Shown here: piece by piece, positions 38,415-47,627 of the stretch
Position numbering within the stretch: the first letter of the stretch is position 1
Layout of the letters: each line of letters begins with the position of its first letter
Assembly (NCBI GenBank): GCA_022769365.1
Contig: JALEJO010000012.1
Coordinates: 2,917 to 66,916 of the forward strand
Direction of reading: 5' to 3'
Origin: Oscillospiraceae bacterium
GTDB taxonomy: Bacteria; Bacillota; Clostridia; Oscillospirales; Ruminococcaceae
Length of the DNA stretch: 64,000 nucleotides
Notes under the pieces: model-generated
What the model was told of the DNA's origin: nothing
What the model saw: the letters and a program-made list of their open reading frames with translations, nothing else
Database searches by the model: none
Position numbers and translations under genes: made by a program

Positions 38415-39023
38415 TCAACCTAAAATTTTTTTCAGAAACGACATTCTGTGAACAGGGCAGGGACCATATTTCAAAAGTGCCTCTCTGTGCTGTTTTGTGC
38501 CGTATCCTTTGTGTTTTTCAAAGCCGTATTCGGGATATTTAAGGGCAATTTCCTTCATATATCTGTCCCTTGCAACTTTTGCAAGGATTGATGCAGCACC
38601 TATACTTGCGGAAAGTGCATCGCCTTTTACAAGGCAGTCGGCTTTTATTTCAAGTCCGTCAGGGATTTTATTTCCGTCAACAAGAACAAATTCAGGCTTT
38701 ACATCAAGCCCTGAAACGGCACGTTTCATTGCAAGCATTGCCGCATTTAAAATGTTTATCTCTTCAATTTCTTCAACCGAAGCGGTTGCAATGCACCAGG
38801 AAACAGCCTTTTCTTTTATTATATCAAATAGTTTTTCTCTTTTCTTTTCAGAAAGTTTTTTACTGTCGTTTATTTCTTCAATAACGTCATCAGGATTTAA
38901 AATAACGGCTGCTGCATAAACATCGCCTGCGAGAGGTCCTCTGCCTGCTTCATCTGTTCCGCAAAAAATACCGTATTCATTTCTGACAGCTTCATCAAAG
39001 TCATATCTGATTACTTCTTCCAT
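38415..39023 (-). CDS. rnhB: Ribonuclease HII
   Basis: [37 protein letters not shown]. Confidence 0.98.
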   Translation of the reverse strand: MEEVIRYDFDEAVRNEYGIFCGTDEAGRGPLAGDVYAAAVILNPDDVIEEINDSKKLSEKKREKLFDIIKEKAVSWCIATASVEEIEEINILNAAMLAMKRAVSGLDVKPEFVLVDGNKIPDGLEIKADCLVKGDALSASIGAASILAKVARDRYMKEIALKYPEYGFEKHKGYGTKQHREALLKYGPCPVHRMSFLKKILG

Positions 39024-39024
39024 A

Positions 39025-39897
39025 TCAAACTTCCTGTGGAGATTCTATTGAGATTTTGCCAAGTTTGCCGCTTCTGAATTCATCAAGCACCATAATAGCG
39101 GCTCTTTCGGTGTCGGCAACACCGCCTGACATAAGCATTCCTCTTTTTGCAGCAACTTTTTCGAGAAGTGCAAGAGGTTCTGCATCTGCATCAGGTTCAA
39201 ATTTGAATCTTTCAAAAGCATTCGGATAATTTGCCGCAAGATATTTTAAAAGTATCATTGCAAGGCTTTCAATATCCATTATATCATCTTTTATAGCACC
39301 TGTAAAGGCAAGATGCTGTGCGACTGTCTGGTCTTCAAATTTAGGCCACAACACACCAGGGAGGTCAAGGAGTTCAACACCTTTGTCAAGGCGAACCCAT
39401 TGTTTTGTACGTGTAACACCCGGTCTGTCGGCAACCTGAGCTTTTTTGCCGCCTGCAATTCTGTTTATAAATGATGATTTGCCAACGTTCGGAATGCCTG
39501 CAACCATAATTCTGACAGCATTTCCGACCATTCCTTTTCTGTTCCATCTTTCAATCTGTTCTGCAAGAACTTCATTTCTTATTGTTGGAACAAATTTATT
39601 AAGACCTTTTCCTGAACGGCAGTCAACAGCAAGTGCAGGAATGCCTTTTTTTCTGAAATATTCTATCCATTTTGAAGTTATTTCAGGAGAGGCAAGGTCA
39701 CTTTTGTTAAGAAGAAACATTCTTGGCTTGCCTGATGTCATTTTATCCATTTCAGGATTACGGCTGCTTTCAGGTATTCTTGCATCAAGAATTTCAACAA
39801 CCGCATCAACAGAAGAAAGATTTGCTTGTATCATTCTTCTTGTTTTTGTCATATGTCCCGGAAACCACTGAATATCTCTCATAAGATTTTCTTCCAT
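39025..39897 (-). CDS. rbgA: Ribosome biogenesis GTPase RbgA/YlqF
   Basis: [34 protein letters not shown]. Confidence 0.97.
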   Translation of the reverse strand: MEENLMRDIQWFPGHMTKTRRMIQANLSSVDAVVEILDARIPESSRNPEMDKMTSGKPRMFLLNKSDLASPEITSKWIEYFRKKGIPALAVDCRSGKGLNKFVPTIRNEVLAEQIERWNRKGMVGNAVRIMVAGIPNVGKSSFINRIAGGKKAQVADRPGVTRTKQWVRLDKGVELLDLPGVLWPKFEDQTVAQHLAFTGAIKDDIMDIESLAMILLKYLAANYPNAFERFKFEPDADAEPLALLEKVAAKRGMLMSGGVADTERAAIMVLDEFRSGKLGKISIESPQEV

Positions 39898-39931
39898 ATT
39901 ATGCCTGTTTCCTCCGTTCTGATTTATACTA

Positions 39932-40567
39932 TTATTTTAAGCTGCCTATTGAATTAAAAGGTGCTATTCTGAAAACAACTTTTCCCAAAATATCGTCTTT
40001 GCTGACAAGTCCCACTTCAGGACTGCGGCTGTCGAGGGAATTATTTCTGTTGTCACCCATAACAAAAACATATCCTTCCGGAACAGTAAGAGGATAGCTG
40101 AAAGCCTCTCTGTTAAGTGTTGTAGGCTCTTTTGTAAAGTCTGATTCAGCTTCAACACCGTCAACATAAACAATACCTGATTCAAAGTCAATGTCGATTG
40201 TCTGTCCTTCGGTTGCCATTACTCTTTTAACAATATTTTCATCAAGATAGCTGTCAACAGTAACAACATTACCTGAAGTATCAAGCAAATTCGCTTCGTG
40301 ACAGTCTATAATAACAATGTCATAATCCTTAACATTAAAATATGCTTTTTCCATAATAACTCTGTCTTTGTCATGCAGAGTATTCATCATTGACGGACCG
40401 TCAATTGACACAACAGAAAACAGGAAAGTAAAGATAAGCATAAGTGCAGTCATAACAAAAAAAGCTATTTCAATTGAATCTATCTGAAATCTTTTTGATT
40501 CTTTTTCATTCTGCTTTTTTTCCTCATCTGCATTCTGAATTATTTCTTCAACATTTTCAGCCATCAT
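39932..40567 (-). CDS. lepB: Signal peptidase I (paralog 1)
   Basis: DGPSMMNT (Ser), IVKRV (Lys), FVMGDNRNNSLDSR. Confidence 0.95.
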   Translation of the reverse strand: MMAENVEEIIQNADEEKKQNEKESKRFQIDSIEIAFFVMTALMLIFTFLFSVVSIDGPSMMNTLHDKDRVIMEKAYFNVKDYDIVIIDCHEANLLDTSGNVVTVDSYLDENIVKRVMATEGQTIDIDFESGIVYVDGVEAESDFTKEPTTLNREAFSYPLTVPEGYVFVMGDNRNNSLDSRSPEVGLVSKDDILGKVVFRIAPFNSIGSLK

Positions 40568-41232
40568 TTACCGCTCCCTTCGCTGCTGCCGTCATCATTT
40601 TTTATTATTTTAAATTCTGAAAACGGGTAATATTTTGCAACCACCCTGCCTGAAACATTATCTTCAGGGATAAGTCCGACAAGCGTTGAACGGCTGTCTG
40701 TCGAGTGTTCTCTGTTATCACCCATAACAAATACATATCCGTCAGGAACCGTTATAGGGAAGCTGAAACCGCCCTCATCAACAACAGTTGAACCGTTTAC
40801 ATATTTTTCATCAAGTACTTCGCCGTCCCTCGTGACAGTACCTGTATTGAAATCAATATCAAGGGTTTGTCCGCCGACTGCGATAACTCTTTTAATAATG
40901 CATTTTTCAAGTCCGGGTGCGGAGTAAACGTCATCATTTTCATCAAGTAGATAAGCTTTATCCTGATTAATTATAACAACATCGCCGCATTTCGGCTTAT
41001 AAAACATTGATGTCATAAAAACTCTGTCAGCATCATTAAAAGTATTGTTCATCGACCTGCCGTCTATTATAACGGGTCTGAATAAAAAGCTGAAAATAAC
41101 TATAACAGAAAAGCAAGAAATCAAAGTTGTTTCAAGAAGGTCACCAAAATCTTTAAGTGTATTCTTTTCTTTTTTTTCAGATACTTCTACAGGAGGAGAT
41201 GATTTTATTTCTTTTTCGTTTGTCTGGTTCAT
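40564..41232 (-). CDS. lepB: Signal peptidase I (paralog 2)
   Basis: DGRSMNNT, IIKRV, FVMGDNREHSTDSR. Confidence 0.95.
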   Translation of the reverse strand: MNQTNEKEIKSSPPVEVSEKKEKNTLKDFGDLLETTLISCFSVIVIFSFLFRPVIIDGRSMNNTFNDADRVFMTSMFYKPKCGDVVIINQDKAYLLDENDDVYSAPGLEKCIIKRVIAVGGQTLDIDFNTGTVTRDGEVLDEKYVNGSTVVDEGGFSFPITVPDGYVFVMGDNREHSTDSRSTLVGLIPEDNVSGRVVAKYYPFSEFKIIKNDDGSSEGSGK

Positions 41233-41441
41233 ATTATATTACCTCGCTGTATTTTATAAAGCAAAAAAGGGCTGTAAGTCCACTGACATACTGCCCATAC
41301 ATTGCAACTTTGTGCGTTCTGCTTAAAACAGCAGCAGACAGCTGCTTTGACACATATTCAGATTTATTGCAAAGCCGAAGAACACTCAAAAAAGAGAATC
41401 CCGACTTTACAATTAAAATCAATTCTGAATAAAGACTTAAA

Positions 41442-41795
41442 TTAGTTATCCTTACGAATAACTTCCTTAACCTTAGCAGCTTTACCAACTCTGCCACGTA
41501 AATAATAGAGCTTAGCTCTTCTTACCTTACCGTGTCTTATAACTTCAACCTTTTCTACAACAGGTGAGTGGAGTGGGAATACACGTTCAACACCACAGCC
41601 ATATGAAATTCTTCTTACTGTAAATGTTTCGTTGATGCCGCCGTGCTTCTTTGCGATTACTGTACCTTCAAATACCTGTATACGGCTCTTGTCGCCTTCC
41701 TTAATAAGTACGTGAACTTTTACTGTGTCACCAACTTCAACGACAGGTACATCTTTCTTAAGGCTGCTTTCGCTGATTAATTTTAATGCGTCCAT
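41442..41795 (-). CDS. rplS: 50S ribosomal protein L19
   Basis: [32 protein letters not shown]. Confidence 0.99.
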   Translation of the reverse strand: MDALKLISESSLKKDVPVVEVGDTVKVHVLIKEGDKSRIQVFEGTVIAKKHGGINETFTVRRISYGCGVERVFPLHSPVVEKVEVIRHGKVRRAKLYYLRGRVGKAAKVKEVIRKDN

Positions 41796-41812
41796 TTTTT
41801 CCTCCTGATTTT

Positions 41813-41858
41813 ACGACATTCTTACTGACGTAACGCCTGTCAGCATTGGACTGTCTGT
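41813..41858 (-). ncRNA. Probable L19 leader autoregulatory RNA
   Basis: Minus strand GAC-AGTCC..TGCTGAC/GTCAGTA-AGAAT-GTC nested hairpin just before the rplS RBS; promoter TTGCAT-17-TATGAT at 41955-41927. Confidence 0.55.
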
Positions 41859-42048
41859 TTTAATGTCTTTCGGCATTAAACCTCGAACAGATATATTCTA
41901 TCTGCACGGAATTCAAATGCCTTATAATCATACCATATTTCAAAGAAAAATGCAAGTGTTTTTTTGAAAAAAATTATATTTTCACAAAAAATTTTTATTT
42001 AATAACAAACATACATACAAAACAGTTTAAAAAACAGCACGCACTTTT

Positions 42049-42165
42049 TCAAAGTGCAGTGCTTGCATTAGTATTTGTATTAGTATTAGATTTAGCATTA
42101 GAATTAGAAATAGCATTAGCATTAGTATTATGCATTTTTGCCATTTTTGCCATATGCCTAAGCAT
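42049..42165 (-). CDS. Possible Asn/Thr/Ala/Ser-rich small peptide (38 aa, or 34 aa from the second ATG)
   Basis: MLRHMAKMAKMHNTNANAISNSNAKSNTNTNTNASTAL*; its stop lies in the loop of a minus-strand terminator (42031-42064); RBS is weak. Confidence 0.3.
   Translation of the reverse strand: MLRHMAKMAKMHNTNANAISNSNAKSNTNTNTNASTAL
42065..42133. repeat. Degenerate hexamer tandem repeat (ATTAGC/ATTAGT/ATTAGA, ~11 units)
   Basis: gcattagtatttgtattagtattagatttagcattagaattagaaatagcattagcattagtattatgc, followed by (CATTTTTGC)x2. Confidence 0.85.
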
Positions 42166-42199
42166 GGCAAAATTATTTTGTTCATAAATAAATTTAAAA

Positions 42200-42445
42200 A
42201 ATTAGGAATGAGGAGTTAGGAATGAGGAATTGTGGTGTCAGCTTCGCTGACAGATTTAAAACCTCTCCGTCACAGCTACGCTGTGCCACCTCTCCTTAAA
42301 AGGAGAGGCTTTTAAGGAGATTTGCGAAGTTGTTTTATGGCTCTCCTTTTAAGGAGAGCTGTCAGCGAATGCTGACTGAGAGGTTTAAAATAGTCGCCGA
42401 CAGGCGACACCACAATTTCTCATTCCTAATTCCTCATTCCTCATT
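42200..42445. repeat. Heptamer-capped palindromic element, copy F (reverse orientation)
   Basis: AAACCTCTCCGTCACAGCTACGCTGTGCCACCTCTCCTT is the reverse complement of the right arm of copy A; both heptamer caps are present. Confidence 0.92.
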
Positions 42446-42447
42446 AT

Positions 42448-42480
42448 AAAAAAACTCCTCCCTTATGAAAGAGAGGAGTA
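42448..42480 (-). terminator. tyrS terminator
   Basis: ACTCCTC...GAGGAGT stem, with an A-run on + that is a U-run on the minus strand. Confidence 0.75.
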
Positions 42481-42497
42481 AATATATAGATAGAATT

Positions 42498-43715
42498 TTA
42501 TTTCAAAATAACTTTATGGAAAACTTTTTTACCCTTTTTGATAATTGTTTCATTGCTTAAATCAATCATTGTTTTAGGGTCAGTTATCTTTACATCGTTA
42601 ACTGAAACGCCGCCCTGCTGAACAAGTCGTCTGCCTTCACCATTTGATGAAGCAAGCCCTGCCTTAACAAGGAGAGTTAATATTCCAAGCTTGCCGTCTT
42701 CTGTTTCAGATGCAGGAATTTCAGTAGAAGGCATATTTTCACTTGAACCGCCGCCGAGGAAAATATCTTTTGCAGCTTTATCGGCTTTTTTAGCTTCTTC
42801 TTCACCATGAACAAGTTTTGTAAGTTCAAATGCAAGGAGTTCTTTTGCTTTGTTGAACTCTGCACCTTCCATTGTCTTTTCCATTTCTTCAATTTCTTCA
42901 ATAGGAACAAATGTAAGCATTTTAAGGCATTTTACAACGTCAGCGTCCTGAACATTTCTCCAGTACTGATAAAATTCATAAGGAGATGTTTTTTCAGGGT
43001 CAAGCCATACAGCACCCTTTTCAGTTTTACCCATTTTCTTTCCTTCTGAATTAAGAAGAAGAGTAATAGTCATTGCGTGAGCATCTTTGCCGAGTTTCTT
43101 TCTGATAAGTTCAGTACCGCCAAGCATATTAGCCCACTGGTCATCGCCGCCGAACTGCATATTACAGCCGTATTTCTGATAAAGCATATAGAAATCGTAA
43201 CTCTGCATTATCATATAATTGAATTCAAGGAAAGTAAGACCACGTTCCATTCTCTGCTTATAGCATTCAAAAGTAAGCATCTTGTTTACACTGAAACAAG
43301 CACCAACTTCTCTTAAAACATCGATATAATTAAGATTTAAAAGCCAGTCGCCATTGTTTACAACCATAGCCTTGCCGTCTGAAAAATCGATAAATCTTGA
43401 CATCTGCTTTTTGAAACATTCAATATTATGTTCGATAGTTTCTTTTGTAAGCATTTTTCTCATATCGCTTTTACCTGACGGGTCGCCAATCATACCTGTA
43501 CCGCCTCCGAGAAGGGCGATAGGCTTGTTTCCAGCCATCTGAAGACGCTTCATAAGGCAAAGAGCCATAAAGTGTCCAACGTGAAGACTGTCGGCTGTCG
43601 GGTCGAAACCTATATAAAATGTCGCTTTACCATTGTTTATAAGTTCTGAAATTTCTTTTTCATCAGTAACTTGTGCAATAAGTCCACGACGTTTAAGTTC
43701 TTCGTATAAAGTCAT
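42498..43715 (-). CDS. tyrS: Tyrosyl-tRNA synthetase
   Basis: YIGFDPTADSLHVGH (HIGH), QFGGDDQWAN, KMGKT (KMSKS), C-terminal S4 domain. Confidence 0.99.
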   Translation of the reverse strand: MTLYEELKRRGLIAQVTDEKEISELINNGKATFYIGFDPTADSLHVGHFMALCLMKRLQMAGNKPIALLGGGTGMIGDPSGKSDMRKMLTKETIEHNIECFKKQMSRFIDFSDGKAMVVNNGDWLLNLNYIDVLREVGACFSVNKMLTFECYKQRMERGLTFLEFNYMIMQSYDFYMLYQKYGCNMQFGGDDQWANMLGGTELIRKKLGKDAHAMTITLLLNSEGKKMGKTEKGAVWLDPEKTSPYEFYQYWRNVQDADVVKCLKMLTFVPIEEIEEMEKTMEGAEFNKAKELLAFELTKLVHGEEEAKKADKAAKDIFLGGGSSENMPSTEIPASETEDGKLGILTLLVKAGLASSNGEGRRLVQQGGVSVNDVKITDPKTMIDLSNETIIKKGKKVFHKVILK

Positions 43716-43795
43716 CGAAATATACTCCTTTTGATGTTAAATATTTAATATAACTAATTTTAACACATATATTGTTATTTGTCAAGGCTCTGATA

Positions 43796-43923
43796 AATGA
43801 GGAATGAGAAATTAGGAATGATGAATTAAGGTGTCGCCGTTCGGCGATTATTTTAAACCTCTCAGTCAGCATTCGCTGACAGTTCTCCTTAAAAGAAGAG
43901 CCTTTATATAAGCCTTGCAAATC
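43796..43923. repeat. Heptamer-capped palindromic element, copy G (left half only)
   Basis: AATGAGGAATGAGAAATTAGG..GGTGTCGCCGTTCGGCGA..AAACCTCTCAGTCAGCATTCGCTGACAGTTCTCCTTAAAAGAAGAGC, then truncated. Confidence 0.85.
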
Positions 43924-43998
43924 AAGCAAAAATTCCTATTTATAGCCTTATCTGAAAAAGGGGATAGAAGATAGTTGACAACAGTTGATACACCACTT

Positions 43999-46284
43999 TT
44001 AAATCTTTTCTTCTGCCTCATAAACAGATGTATATCCATAAAGTTCTGCGGTGTTTTCCATTGTCAGTTTTGCAAGATTTTGATTTTTTCTTGAAAGGTC
44101 AACTATAAATGCCGCATACATTCCAAGCATTTTTCTTGAATATGTTAAAAGTTCACCACGCAGATATGTTTCATAAGAAGTGTTCCATTCTGTATCTTCG
44201 TATGTGTGAATTACTCTTGCATTTGATGAAAGATTTGGAAATTCTTTTGAAAATTCTTCCATCCATGATACCTGTATTTCGCATATTGCATTGCATAGTG
44301 CAATTGTGTCCGCTTCGATTTCAGGAAGATTTTTCTCAATTTCAGCATATTTTTTTGGCGATGTTGACTTCATCATTCTTGCATATTTTTCAGTTATAGG
44401 ATTCCTTCCTGATTTAATCGCATCTTCAAAATCGGAAATATATTGTTCAAGCATAGGAACGTTCCATGTGAGATACTGACTTACACGCATTATTGAAAAA
44501 GTTTCCCAGTCGTCCTGACAATTCGCTCTTCCGCCCTCATTTTGAACTTTATCGAATGCCTCAAATTCCATCTTTGCAATTTTATAGGATAATTTTTCTT
44601 TTAAAATAATTTCATCTGCCTTTTTGGAAAGTTCACGTGCCATAATATCAAGATATTTATCATCAGATAAAATATCAAACTGATTTTTTATTTCATTATA
44701 TATAGTTTCGCAGACAGGTTTAATTATTTCTGAATAATATTCGTCAATTGAAATTTTGGACGATAATTCAAAGAGTTTTTTAATATACAGATAAGGACAG
44801 CTTTTATAGAGCCATTTATAATAAGGGTAGAATTTATTTTTTATAATATGTGTGCATTTTAATGTGCTTAAAACAAATTCATTATAGCAAATCATTGCAG
44901 TTACTTTGTCGCCACGTTTCAGCATACGCAAAAAATTATATTGCCCACTTTGTGCCATTAATGCTGTCTGCTGTGCGAGGTGTTTTAGCTGAACTGTTTT
45001 TGGAAATCCTTTTTTTAATTTTTTTCGTATTTCCGTAAACTTGTTGTGTGTTTCAGTAAAAATAAATCCATTAGTCACAACAGCAAGCTTTTCAGGCTGA
45101 ATTTCAAGCCATTCAGATATATTTTCAGGAATTTTTTTAGTTTCGAGTAAATCAGTATAAAACTTTTCAGACTGAAAAACACCTGTTCTTTTTGAACTCT
45201 GAACGCTTTTTATGCGTTCAAATCCCATAAATGTTTTTGGAAGTAAATCATAAGCTTTTTGAAGTTTTTCGCCGATTTCAGAATAAATATCTTCATCAAC
45301 CCACATACAAAACGCAGGTCCGAAATCGTGGTCACGGGAATATTCATCATCAAAACCAAAACAGTCCGAACCTTCTCCAACCATTCCGCATACAATTTTA
45401 TTTTCATATTTTTGAAAATTGCGGTGAATCATCGGCTTGCCAAAACATTCATAATAGTATTTACAAAGTTCTGATCCGTTTAGTTCTTTTTTAGAGTTAA
45501 GCTCTGATTTTGCGAGATTTAAATTTTCAAGAATAATATCATAAAAATTATTCTTACCCATATGAAGTTCAGTTTCTGCAAGTGCCATATTATAATATTT
45601 TACGGCAGATTTAAAGTCATTCTGTTTGAATTTTATATCACCTTTTGCAGATAATGCCGCACTATAATGAAAATCGGAAGGGGACAGACCTGTGAAATAA
45701 TCAAGTGCTTCATCAACAAAAATTTCTGCATCATCTGTTTTTTCAAGTCTTATAAGAGATACGGCAAGATTCGTTTTTGATATTGCGATTTTTTGACTGT
45801 TTCCCGATTTTTCAACAATTTCCAAAGCTTTTTTCTGACATTCGGCAGCTTTTTCATAGTTTTCAACCTGTTGATAAAGCAGACTTATATTATTATAATA
45901 ACTTGCATAAAGTTCTGCGTCAACATCAGAATTTTCATAAAAAATAGATTTTACTTTGTTGTATGCATCAAATGATTTTTTATATTCTCCCGAAGCTCTG
46001 TAGGCATTTGCAACGTTAAGCAAAGTTACAGCATATTCTTTTGTATCATTTAAGCCGCATTTTTCAATAATTTCAAGAACCTTACCACATGAATCAATTG
46101 CTTCTGGAAATCTTCCGCAATCTCTGAAAAATCCTATCTGTTCATTATATAAAGTAATGGCAGAATTATAATCTTTGTTTTCAAGAGATTTTTCTATCAT
46201 TTCAAAAAGATATTTTTCAGCTTCATCAAGCTTTGATACATTAAGAAGTTCATCAAGGTGTTTTAAAATTTTCTGTATATCCAT
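43999..46284 (-). CDS. TPR - nucleotidyltransferase/DUF4037 - DUF4125 fusion protein (761 aa)
   Basis: About six TPR-like helical repeats (aa 1-260); GEGSDCFGFDDEYSRDHDFGP Pol-beta-like GS-x11-DxD motif; AQSGQYNFLR..RGD; C-terminal QNEGGRANCQDD.ETFSIMR typical of DUF4125. Confidence 0.8.
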   Translation of the reverse strand: MDIQKILKHLDELLNVSKLDEAEKYLFEMIEKSLENKDYNSAITLYNEQIGFFRDCGRFPEAIDSCGKVLEIIEKCGLNDTKEYAVTLLNVANAYRASGEYKKSFDAYNKVKSIFYENSDVDAELYASYYNNISLLYQQVENYEKAAECQKKALEIVEKSGNSQKIAISKTNLAVSLIRLEKTDDAEIFVDEALDYFTGLSPSDFHYSAALSAKGDIKFKQNDFKSAVKYYNMALAETELHMGKNNFYDIILENLNLAKSELNSKKELNGSELCKYYYECFGKPMIHRNFQKYENKIVCGMVGEGSDCFGFDDEYSRDHDFGPAFCMWVDEDIYSEIGEKLQKAYDLLPKTFMGFERIKSVQSSKRTGVFQSEKFYTDLLETKKIPENISEWLEIQPEKLAVVTNGFIFTETHNKFTEIRKKLKKGFPKTVQLKHLAQQTALMAQSGQYNFLRMLKRGDKVTAMICYNEFVLSTLKCTHIIKNKFYPYYKWLYKSCPYLYIKKLFELSSKISIDEYYSEIIKPVCETIYNEIKNQFDILSDDKYLDIMARELSKKADEIILKEKLSYKIAKMEFEAFDKVQNEGGRANCQDDWETFSIMRVSQYLTWNVPMLEQYISDFEDAIKSGRNPITEKYARMMKSTSPKKYAEIEKNLPEIEADTIALCNAICEIQVSWMEEFSKEFPNLSSNARVIHTYEDTEWNTSYETYLRGELLTYSRKMLGMYAAFIVDLSRKNQNLAKLTMENTAELYGYTSVYEAEEKI

Positions 46285-46286
46285 AA

Positions 46287-47441
46287 TTATTTACAAAGTT
46301 CATCAGCGAGTGCTTCAATTTCAGCTTTGTTTGCATCACTTAAAGCAGACATTATTTTTACACTTGTTTCTGTATAAGTTATATTTTTAGATTTTTCAAG
46401 CATTCTTTTCATAACGTTTGCGGCAGTTGCAGCCCATGAACCGTTTTCAATCAATGCAACTGTTTTATTCTGAAAATTGCGTTCAGTAAGATTATTTATA
46501 AATTCACGCATAAATGGGAAAATATCGCCGTTATATGTAGTTGTTGCGAGAACAATTTTTCCATAACGAAAAGCATCTTCAACAGCTTCCGCCATATCAT
46601 CTCTTGCAAGGTCTGCAATTGCAACTTTCGGACAGCCTTTTTCTTTAAGTTTTTCTTCGAGGAGTTTTGCGGCATTGCGTGTATTTCCGTAAACAGAAGT
46701 ATATGCAATGAAAACGCCTTCGCTTTCTGTTTTGTATGATGACCAAATATCATAAAGATTAAGGTAATATCCAAGGTTTTCGCTAAGAACAGGCCCATGA
46801 AGCGGACAAATTGTTTTTATATCAAATGCTGAAAGCTTTTTCAAAACGTTCTGAACCTGCATACCGAATTTTCCAACGATACCGAAATAGTAACGTCTTG
46901 CCTCACATGCCCAGTCTTCTTCAATATCATTTGCACCGAATTTTCCGAAAGCATCGGCAGAAAAAACAATTTTTTCTGTACTTTCATAAGTCATAATAAC
47001 TTCAGGCCAATGAACCATAGGTGCGGCAACAAAATGAAGTTCGTGTTTTCCAAGATTTAAAGTATCTTTTTCTCCTACAGCAATTTTTCTTTCTGCATAA
47101 TCATTTCCAAAGAAATTTTTCATCATATTAAAAGATTTTGCATTTGAAACGACTACAGCTTCCGGATAAGTTTCCATAAAGTCTGCAATGCTTGCTGAGT
47201 GGTCAGGTTCCATATGCTGAACAACAAGATAATCAGGCTTTTTTTCACCAAGTGCTTTTTTGATATTTTCAAGCCATTCAGCCGTAAAACTGCGGTCAAC
47301 TGTATCCATTACGGCAATTTTTTCATCAATGATTACATATGAATTGTATGCCATACCGTTTGGAACTTTATACTGTCCCTCAAACAAGTCGATTTTGTGG
47401 TCGTTTACACCAACATATAAAATATTTTCTGATATTTTCAT
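46287..47441 (-). CDS. fprA: Flavodiiron protein (FprA/Flv, metallo-beta-lactamase + flavodoxin)
   Basis: YNSYVI, HMEPDHS, VHWPE, SADAFG, PLHGP, YTSVYGNT flavodoxin loop. Confidence 0.95.
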   Translation of the reverse strand: MKISENILYVGVNDHKIDLFEGQYKVPNGMAYNSYVIIDEKIAVMDTVDRSFTAEWLENIKKALGEKKPDYLVVQHMEPDHSASIADFMETYPEAVVVSNAKSFNMMKNFFGNDYAERKIAVGEKDTLNLGKHELHFVAAPMVHWPEVIMTYESTEKIVFSADAFGKFGANDIEEDWACEARRYYFGIVGKFGMQVQNVLKKLSAFDIKTICPLHGPVLSENLGYYLNLYDIWSSYKTESEGVFIAYTSVYGNTRNAAKLLEEKLKEKGCPKVAIADLARDDMAEAVEDAFRYGKIVLATTTYNGDIFPFMREFINNLTERNFQNKTVALIENGSWAATAANVMKRMLEKSKNITYTETSVKIMSALSDANKAEIEALADELCK

Positions 47442-47627
47442 TGTTATACACCTCTTAAATTTTATTATATTCTATCTCTTTTGACGAGATAAACCATACA
47501 GATATTATATATTATTTCATCTTAAAAATCAATAGTTTTTTTGTTTTTTTACGCAAAACAAAATAAACCGCCATCGAAAGTTTATTAAAAAACAGAACTG
47601 ATTTTTTCAGTCCTGTTTTAAAATATT

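Noticed and set aside
42065-42133. DGR template region (AAT-rich codon run)
   Set aside because: No reverse transcriptase or Avd gene in the window, and I saw no matching adenine-mutated variable region at any gene end.
43716-43800. T-box upstream of tyrS
   Set aside because: A TTGACA-17-TAAAAT promoter sits ~40 nt from the start codon, leaving no room, and there is no T-box consensus.
43693-43929. 78-aa minus-strand ORF
   Set aside because: Spans repeat copy G and the tyrS promoter and overlaps the tyrS start; no RBS or family signal.
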